From NCBI RefSeq assembly GCF_004010195.1, contig NC_057749.1, positions 13,700,543 to 13,764,542 of the forward strand: DNA of 64,000 nucleotides. The letters are read 5' to 3'. The position numbers and the translations under genes were made by a program. The DNA is from Chiloscyllium plagiosum (taxonomy: Eukaryota). This document shows, in pieces, positions 55,017-64,000 of the stretch (position 1 is its first letter; every line of letters begins with the position of its first letter). The notes under the pieces were generated by a model. It ran no database searches, was not told the DNA's origin, and saw only the letters and a list, made by a program, of their open reading frames with translations.

Positions 55017-57079
55017 ACTAATTTAATAACAAGACTTCAGGCATAAGAAAAGTGAAATAATGTAACTGTTCAACAAACAAATAATGTATATCGTTAGACC
55101 AATATGTGACATGTTATATTACAACTAATTAGTGCAATATAGTTGGCTAAGTCTCTATTGCCATGTTTAGTAACACAACTGTTTTTCATGAATTCAAAAT
55201 TTATGGAAAAAAAATTGGAATTGTGTGCCTTTGAAGAGGAAGTGCGTTACTAACTAATAAGAACAGGGCCTCAGCTTCAGATCAACACCACATTCCTTTT
55301 GGCATATGGTTTAATTTTTACAAGGTGAAACATGTTATATCTTTTGTTGATTTATTGTTCTTTGTTATAACATTCTAGGTTATAATTCTCGGGGCTGTAG
55401 AATGAGTGGCAAGAAACTCTTAGCTGGCACGTGTTACATAGAAAACACCATAATCAAAGAGATACTTGGTTTTCAAAGCTGATGATTAATTTATGACTAC
55501 AATCCAGAAAATAAATTATTTTGAAAGTTGTGAGTAATGTGTGTCCAGTCTGTACACATCCTACTTAAGCTTGAGAGGCACTATACTTGAAGAAGAGAGC
55601 TATTCAGAAAGCCGAGTGACTGAAGTCAAATGAGGTCAGGACAACATCTGCAAAGTTGACAATGAACTAACATGATGATTGACACATACTGGAGAGGGAT
55701 TGATTTAATTTGATTTATTACCGTTACATGTACCTAGACACAGTGAAAAGTTTTGTTTTGCATTGAGTACAGGCAGATCAATACTATACAAAGTGCATTA
55801 GGGTAATAGAGAGAAGAATACAATGCTATGGTTGTAGAAAAAGTGTACAAAGAGCAAGATCAACATTAAATTTGAAATTTGAGAGGTCCATTCAGTGGGA
55901 AAGCAGCTTTCTTGAATCTGCTGCTATGGTATGCCAGCCAAACACAACCAACTGACCTTAGTGCCCTGTCCCTCTATTTATTTTTCTGTTTGCTACTAAA
56001 CCAAGTGTAATGTTTTCAAAATCATAATATTACTGAAACTTTGTTACAGCTGCCATTAACCATTTGTACCAATACCAATTTAGAATCGAAAACCAATTTA
56101 GAACAAAAAGTACGGATGAAATGCTTCACTTTCACATATTGCACATTATAATAGAGCATGCAATAAACAGTTAATTGTGCTGTTGCACTTTAATAGCTCA
56201 GCTATAAAATAGTCACTTCAGGTTTATCATTCTTAAAACAAGCCACCTTCAAAAAGCAACAGAAGTTCTAGGTCTACTCTGCCAGATGCACTACTGGGTG
56301 CTCTTGGCATCTTGAGATGGCAGATCACCAGCTGCTACACATCCAGGAGTACAGGGCAGACAAAATATGCACAGCTTTATGAAAGCAGTGAGGCAAGAAG
56401 GTGCATCAAACAGAAAAGCAGTAGTTGCAACATAAAAATAGGCAATTTATCCCAACTAATATACATTTTCCTCTTTATATATAAAATAATTTCAAACATA
56501 TTTATGCATTTCATTTTCAAACTCCCCTAACTGCTATTCTTTCATCCCCCTCAATTAAATTTCCACAGGCAAAACACTTCTCGTCTTTTGTTCTAAATCT
56601 CAAATTTAATCTTGTAACCATGGCCCATTGTTCTGGGCCACTCAAATACTGGAAATAGCTTTAAGATGCTTTTATGTTATAAAAAGGCAGCTGATGACAC
56701 TTGTTCAGTTTTCCCAAGGGCCAATTTATATTGGCCCAGAGGCAGAAGAATCCACTTTATGACTGGAATTGTCATGGGAATCACTGCCTTAAACTTCCGG
56801 ATGTGTAGCTGATGGAGATTAGCAGAAAATGGAAGCATCAAAAAGAGTAAGTGGCATAAAGATGCTAGTATTGTACATTCCCCTTAAAATGGCAATGGTA
56901 AAATGCTTGCATATGGAGGTATCACTGACCTGGTTTTTAGACTGGACAGTTTAGTTTTGAGTGCCCTGTTAGGCCATTATCCAGTATTATTTAGGACAGG
57001 GCTGACCAAAACATGGTTCAGAATCTAAAATGGGATGTGAGCTAAAGGTTTGGGGACCTGAGCTCCAAGCAGCAATGGG

Positions 57080-58595
57080 AGAGCATAAAGGGGACATGAA
57101 GTAGCTTTGACAAATAGGGTAAAGGAGAATTCAGAGAGATTCTACGAATACATTAAAGTCAAAAGAGTAATAAGGGAGAAAATAGAGCCCCTTAAAGATC
57201 AACGCGATGTCAATGCATGGAACTAAAAGAGATGGCTGAAATACTAAACGAATATTTTGTATCAGTGTTTATTGTGAAGAAGGACTTGGAAGCTAGGGAA
57301 TTTGGGGAAATAAATAGTGATGTCTTGAAAAGGGTCCACATTACAGAACAGGAGGCCTTAAAATGCATAAAGGTAGATAAATCCCAGGATCTGACAGGCA
57401 TAACTCCAAACTTTGTGGGAAGCTAGGGAACAGATTGCTGGGTCCCTTGTTTGCATCAACAACAACCGGCACGGTGGCTCAGTGGTTAGTAGGGTCCCAG
57501 GTTCAATTCCAGCCTTGGGCGATTGTGTGGAGTTTGCACGTTCTTCCCGTGTCTGCGTGGGTTTCCTCTGGGTGCTCCGGTTTCCTCCCACAGTCCAAAG
57601 ATGTGCAGGTCAGGTGTATTGGCCATGCTAAATTGCCCATAGTGTTAGATGCATTAGTCAGAGGGAAGTGGGTCTGGGTGGGTTACTCTTTGGAGGGTCC
57701 GTGTAAACTGGTTGGGCCGAAGGGCCTGTTCCCACGCTGTAGGTAATCCAATCTCCAAAACCACCATGGGTAAGGTACCAGAAGACTGGAGGGTGGCGAA
57801 TGTGTTGGCATTATTTAAGAAAGGTGGTATGGAAAAGCTAGGGAACTGCAGAAGATTATCTCAGAATGCAATGGGACCTTAATCAGATGGAACAATGGGT
57901 TGAGGAGTGGCAGATAGAGTTTAATTTAGATAAATGTGAAGTGTTACATTTTGGTCGGGAAAATGTGGGCAGGACTTATACAGTTAATCACAGGGCCCTG
58001 GGGAGATGTTACCAAACAAAGAGACCTTGGTTGCAGGTTCATAGTTCCTTGAAAGTGAAGTGGCAGGTAAACAGGGTGGTGAAGAAAGCCTTTTGTATGC
58101 TTGCCTCCAGTGGTCAGTGCATTAAGTAAATGAGTTGGGAGGTCATGTTGCAACTGTACAGGATATTGGTGAAACTTTTAGGTAAGATGTTGTGAAACTT
58201 GAAAGGGTTCAGAAATGATTTGCCTGGATTGGAAGGTTTGAACAGTAGGGAGGGGCTGAATTGGCTGGGGCTTTTTCCCTAGAGGGTCAGAGGCTGAGGA
58301 GTGACCCTTACAGAAGTTTATAAAATTATGAAGGGCATGCAAGAGGGTGAATAGCCAAGGCCTTTTTCCCAGGGCATGAGAGGCCAAACGTAGAGGGGAT
58401 AGGGTTTAAGGTAATTGGGGAACGACTTAAAGGAGATCCAAGGAGCAAATTTTTCATGCAGAGGTGAGTGGAGGGAGGTGCGTGTATGGAACAGGTTGTC
58501 AGCAGATGTGGTGGAGGCTGGTACAATTATAACATGTATAAGGCATCTGGATGGGTACATAAATACGAAGGGTTTAGAGGAATATTGGTCAAATG
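57080..58595 (+). mobile_element. Internally deleted CR1 LINE containing an HE1 SINE
   Basis: EMAEILNEYFVSVF, WQIEFNLDKCEVLHFGR and VWNRLSADVVEAGT motifs; RT core missing near 57850. Confidence 0.88.
57468..57755 (+). mobile_element. HE1-type V-SINE nested in CR1
   Basis: ggcacggtggctcagtggttag head and the same V-domain as the 36644 copy. Confidence 0.9.
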
Positions 58596-60883
58596 GCACC
58601 AAAAAGATATTCTGTCCAATGGGGTCACAGAAGGAAAAGATTTGGGAAGCAAATTAAAGCATTCAGCCAAACTCGCCCTTGCCAGAACATGTAAATGTAA
58701 AATATTTGAACACAACATACGGACACATGACACCAAATTTAGATTTGTAAAACACAATTCCATTTTTGCCTTTTTATCTCCAGCTTTATATGGTGGGTTC
58801 ATTCATGATCAAGATTCCTCAGCTTCTTAATTTAGCTCCACGAACAAATTGAATACACTTAATTGTTCCTTCCACTGTCAATCCTCAGTTTTAATGTCCC
58901 ACCTTTGGCAGTCTCACGTTCAGCTACTGGAGCACTAAGCTCTGGGATGCTCTCCCTAAATCTGTCTGTTTCTCCACCCATCCCTCTTTGTTCTTTTAAC
59001 AAGTTCCTTAAAACTTATTTCTTTAACAGAGAAATTTGCCCTAATATCCTCTCAGTGTGCCTGTATCAAACTTTCATTGATAACAGTCCTGTGAAGTGCC
59101 TCAAGATACTTTGTGTGAAAGGTGTTATGTAAATGCAAGTTGAAGTTGTTCCACTCGGGTGCAATGCTGGATGTCAAGTCTCAAGATAACAAAAAACATA
59201 ACAGATGAAAAAAATAAATAAGTAAATTAGAATAAATGAGCCAAGTTGACACTCACTCAAAATGAAAATAAACTGAACATAATGACAGACAGGATGGAAA
59301 AGATTTAAATGCTGTAATCCCTTCTGCAGACTTAGGGAACTGTTAGAATTGCGCAAGTGCATTTTTTTTGCAGGTTTGCAGTGTTTTCTTTGTAACCAAG
59401 CCAGCAGGAGGTGCATGAGCATCAAGTGGAACTTTTCTTTGTGTGGAAACTTTTGGGCCTCTATACTCTGTCACTTAAGTGATCAGACAGATGAAGTTGG
59501 GGGGGGAGGGGGGTCACAACACAGGTGAAGCTGCAGCCACAAGGGTGCATCCTACAGTATGCCCATGGTACACAGAATTGGAGCTGTTTCAAATGATTGG
59601 AATGAGGTAATTTCAATGAAACTTGAAAAACATCGTGAGAGTAAGTATCAAAGAGAACATTTTTGAGGAATTGCTAAGGTAAAACATATGAACACTTTTG
59701 CTATTTTAGCAAAACTGCCATTTTCATTTTGGTTTCTCAGGTGGGCTCATGGTTGATGCTCAATTGCAGTCCAACTTTATTTTTACATCAGTCTCCTTAT
59801 TGTGTTTGGCATCATTTCTAACTCCAAGGGACAGCAGAATCCATTGGGCATTGACTGAGTCAAGAATGATTATCTCAGAATCAGTTTTCATTTAGAAAAT
59901 GATTGATACATCATGTTTAAATATTCCGAAAAAACATTATAGGCATGTTATTAAATCCTGGCAATCATTGAATATTAGAAAGGCTAATTTAATATTTCAG
60001 ATATCTTAACTCAAGAGACTCAAATTATACAGACGAATACATTCACTGCCTGGAAAGGTGGTAAAAGTACGTTAAATAATAACTTTCAAAAAATAATTGG
60101 GGAGTGAAATTGCAGGATTGTGGAAAAAGAAGCAAAAAAATGGGGACCAACTGCTAACTCATTTTAAGAGCTGGCATAGTTATGATGAGATGTAGGGTCT
60201 CCTTATGTTCTATATAATTCCATGATTCTACAATACTGCCATCTCCTGATCAAAAGAACAGATTTTACTCACATTCAACTATTTACAACTTCCCCTGTTA
60301 CAGACTATGTAAAGGTAATGCTCTCTAATGATCTCAGCAGAATGGTTTACACTAATTCATTTGAATAAAAAACTCCATTTCAATATGAATACCTCAACAT
60401 AAGGTTTACTAAATTATACAAGAAAATGGAATGTTAGCTATTGAACATGTTGTTTTGGTTTGTTAGTCACGGCTATGCTGACATGAAAGAGAATTTATAT
60501 TTTTGGCCTAACCTCCAGCTTGGAAAATTGAGCTACCTTTCACATGTAGCTGAAACTGCATAGCAAAATGCAACACCTTTTTGACCCAACCTATCTTGTG
60601 CTACAGTAATAGGTTTTATATTGGAGAGAAGCATCTTTCTCCCCATGGAAAGTGGTTAAGTATGAACAATTGTTTTTAAAAACTGATTTGAGGAAATATG
60701 TGACATAATAAAATATGGTGCTACATATCAGGATATGTTTCACTGTAATGAGAAACTGAGATGAGATTAAGGTCTGGAAAGCATCCTCGTTTTATTCATA
60801 CTTTTGAAAAAGTCACACTTTGGTTGTACATGTGCAAACTTTAAGCTGTCAAAATTTCCTTTCTGAAAACAGGTAGGGGTTTT

Positions 60884-61544
60884 TGCAAGGTTTGTAGCTC
60901 AAGTTGAGGTTTAGGGTGTAGGATTGCTCGCTGAGCTGTACGTTTGATATCCAGACATTTCATTACCTGGCTAGGTAACATCATCAGTGGTGTCCTCCAA
61001 GTGAAGCGAAGCTGTTGTCTCCTGCTTTCTATTTATATGTTTGTCCTGGATGGGGTTCCTGGGGTTTGTGGTGATGTCATTTCCTGTTCATTTTCTGAGG
61101 GGTTGATAGATGGTATCTAGATCTGTGTGTTTGTTTATGTCAAATTGGTGGTTTTTTTCATCCGGGTGTAGGACTATGAGAGAGAGAGAAGGTCGTGTCT
61201 TTTTGTGGCTAGCTGGTGTTCGTGTATCCTGGGCCTACACCCGGAAGAAAAAAAACCCACCATTTCGACTGGGACAACACATCTATCCTGGGACAGGCTA
61301 AGCAAAGACATGCCAGAGAATTCCTACAGGCCTGGCACTCCAACCATCAACCCCTCAGAAAACGAACAGGAAATGACATCACCACAAACCCCAGGAACCC
61401 CATCCAGGACAAACATATAAATAGAAAGCAGGAGACAACAGCTTCGCTTCACTTGGAGGTCGCCACTGATGATGTTACCCAGCCAGGTCATGAAACGTCT
61501 GGATATCAAACCTACAGCTCAGCGAGCAATCCTACACCCTAAAC
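60884..61544. mobile_element. Fold-back Penelope-like element with rearranged centre
   Basis: Arms ~60909-61107 and ~61346-61544 are near-perfect reverse complements. HHFDWDNTSILGQAKQRHAREFL.AWHSN GIY-YIG remnant. TSD aaacaggt(ag/ca)gggtttt. Confidence 0.92.
61463..61502 (+). ncRNA. Minimal hammerhead ribozyme motif (mirror copy at 60951-60990, minus)
   Basis: cca-CTGATGA-t-gttacc-cagcca-ggtcat-GAAAC-GTC-tgg; stem II carries one mismatch. Confidence 0.65.
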
Positions 61545-61559
61545 AGGTCAGGGTTTTGA

Positions 61560-63060
61560 GCACAATGTATTGTGCTGGAAAGCAAGCGGAGGTCTGTGAT
61601 CTCAGGCTGATGGGAAACAAGGTGGATGAAGGTGTATTACATCTAACAGTATTTCAGAGCTTACGGAGGATGGGAGGCCAGGAGCAAGTAGTTAAATCTG
61701 AAGGTGACAAAGGTTTCTTTAGCAGAGAATGTATGACAGGGACAGGCAACATTACAAAGGTGGCAGCTGAAATCTTGCTAAGTGATTGGAGGAGAAGCTT
61801 AAAGCTCACCAAAGTTTTTGCAAATTATTTGGTCTCAGGATCTGGATGACATTTGAAAAGCCTTGTTCGGTGCCAAATGTTAGCTGCCCTGAGGTTGGGC
61901 TTCTCAACTGTAGTTATGCTGATGTTGTTCATAGGAACAAGAGCAGCCCATGTTAAAACATTTCAAGATATTGACCCTGTAACAACAAAGCAATGATAAT
62001 ATACATCCACGTCAGGATAGTTTGAGAGTTGAAGAGGAACTTGTTGCTGTAGTTGTGATAATTCTTTTCTTGCCCCTTGTAATGACAAACTTTCAATGGT
62101 AATAAAGTGCTGTCAAAGTGAGGCTGAGAGTCATCCAGATTGAAAGTGAGAAAGTCGACAGTAGAGATGGGGCTGGAATCATGTGGTGGGAGGTCAGTGC
62201 TAAACTGGAGGAAGCTGCAACTTATTCAGGACCACACCATGAAACAGAAAGAAAAATATTGAAGATATTTAGAAATAGATGCATGAACATTAAAAAATAT
62301 AAAGGAGTTACATAAATATTGAGAAACTGAAAAAAAGAGAATAAAAAGACAGAAAGAGAAGACAGATCAGCAAGACTTAACGCTTTCTAGTCATGGCTAT
62401 ACTCACATGAAGAGAGTTTACATTTTTTGCCTAACCACTAGCTTGAAAAAGTGAGCTTGTCAGTATTTAAAACTGCACAGCAAAAACAATTGTTCACACT
62501 TACCTTTCTCCCCATGGAAAAACGTTACTTCTCTGCAATATAAAATCTATTATTGTAGTACTAGGTAGGTTGGGTGCATTTTGCTATGCAGTTTTAAATA
62601 TTCATGAAAGGTAGCTCAATTTTCCAAAGTTTTGATAGACAAAGGGCTTTGAGAGCATGACAAATGTGGGAGCTTCATCTGCACAGTTTCAAATGGGAGC
62701 CTAGTCATAAAATATGACAAACACCAATGACCTCGAAACTTGAGGCAAGGAGACTGTCTTCAAAGAGGAATCTCTGGCATTTCCCTCAGAATTGAAGGAC
62801 ACAGAGGGTCAGATATTGCTGAAGAGGGAGTAGAGGGAGGAGTGAGATTGCCTTCAGTGAAACAAAGGAAATTTGGGAGAGAGGTGATAAAGGGAAATAG
62901 GGCAAAGGGGAAAGAAAGATAGAGATACTAAGATACTAAGTCTGATGGTAGTCCAGTAAAAGGTCACCTCTCTTCAACAAAGTAGAGGATTTTTGGAGGA
63001 GAATAATTAATAAACAGCTTAAAGTAATGAAACTGGAGCAATCACAATCAGCAGGGGGGG
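61560..63060 (-). mobile_element. Highly degenerate L2-like LINE remnants (discontinuous)
   Basis: Purine-rich segments resembling reversed L2 RT sequence; no intact motif. Confidence 0.4.
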
Positions 63061-64000
63061 ATAGACAGTTAAGACTTGATTAATCAAAATGAAGTTGGCA
63101 CTTCCTCAAACTCATTTTCAAATTTCGGTTGCTGAAAATTCCCAGAGAGGAAACATATCTAAAAGGAGCAAAATCAAAACAAACACAGCTGCCAAACAGC
63201 AAGGTTATAATAATGAGGTTTCTACCACTCCTTCAATCTTTCCAAAAATGCCAACCTACCTATTAGTAGACAGGTAGGCTGCAAGAGTGAGTTGCAAAAC
63301 AATTTTGGATCCCTCCCATTATACCATTCTAACAGCCTACTAAAACGGATTACAGGCTCAACTTCAATAATGCATTTCAACTACAGGCCAGCAAAAATGG
63401 CACCTTTAGCCTGAATTACATAGCCTGAGAATCATATCCAATTATTAGCTAAAGTAACTATTACACAATCCAATTAAAGGGAAAACAGCTGTTAATCTTC
63501 AGTGGGCCACCATATATTAGTGGCTTTGTTGGCCAGACTGGCTTTGTACTGGCTTCCACTTATAGACTGCAATTCTGTCACTGTGAGCTGTTGGGTGGTA
63601 TTTGCACGACTTGCAGAAACAGGGAACATATGGAGAACAATCAGTTCAATGTCCATTAGGACATCTATTAGCATTGAATTTCAGAGTGTACAGCATCTCC
63701 GACACCTATACAATTACTATTTATGGTACCATCCAGTTTAGCATGACAAACTGCATGCAGAGTTATGATAAGGCTTGAAGAAAATACTTTATTCCCACTA
63801 AATTTGGGGTAATTAAAAACAGCTATGCAGCTACCTTGATGCTTTAGTGTAAGTATTTTAGCTAGTTCCTGTAACCTGCTGCAGACAAAGTCGTGCTCAT
63901 CTAGCAGTACTATTGGTGGGGTGAAAAAGGAGGTGAGGTTAATTTTTATTTGCCCCATTTGGACAGATAATTCAAACTTTTGAAAAACGTAGCCAATTAA

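Noticed and set aside
54528..64000. Preceding SCAPER exon (LQRLAKDLLKQ...ILEKE-like)
   Set aside because: Not found by eye; probably outside the window.

Overview
Eukaryotic, AT-rich, repeat-dense intronic DNA. The HE1-type V-SINEs, CR1 LINEs and Penelope-like elements point to a cartilaginous fish, probably a shark (inference). The only host gene I can support is SCAPER on the minus strand: three internal coding exons (54527-54412, 25869-25746, 14433-14201) with canonical AG/GT sites and matching phases, separated by introns of about 28.5 and 11.3 kb. The rest is mostly transposon debris: CR1 and other LINE fragments, SINEs, Tigger/pogo-like MITEs and Penelope-like elements. There is also a decayed Gmr1-type Gypsy element interrupted by a full-length RPL36 processed pseudogene, and one assembly gap (4998-5671). 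Notable structures: (1) a perfect 156-bp inverted repeat bracketing one SCAPER exon; (2) several fold-back Penelope-derived insertions carrying minimal hammerhead ribozyme cores and target-site duplications; (3) a composite unit (unassigned ~165 bp plus LINE tail) present twice in opposite orientation, with a micro-inversion at the junction. I find no evidence of a new protein-coding system. All family assignments are from recognition by eye, not database searches.
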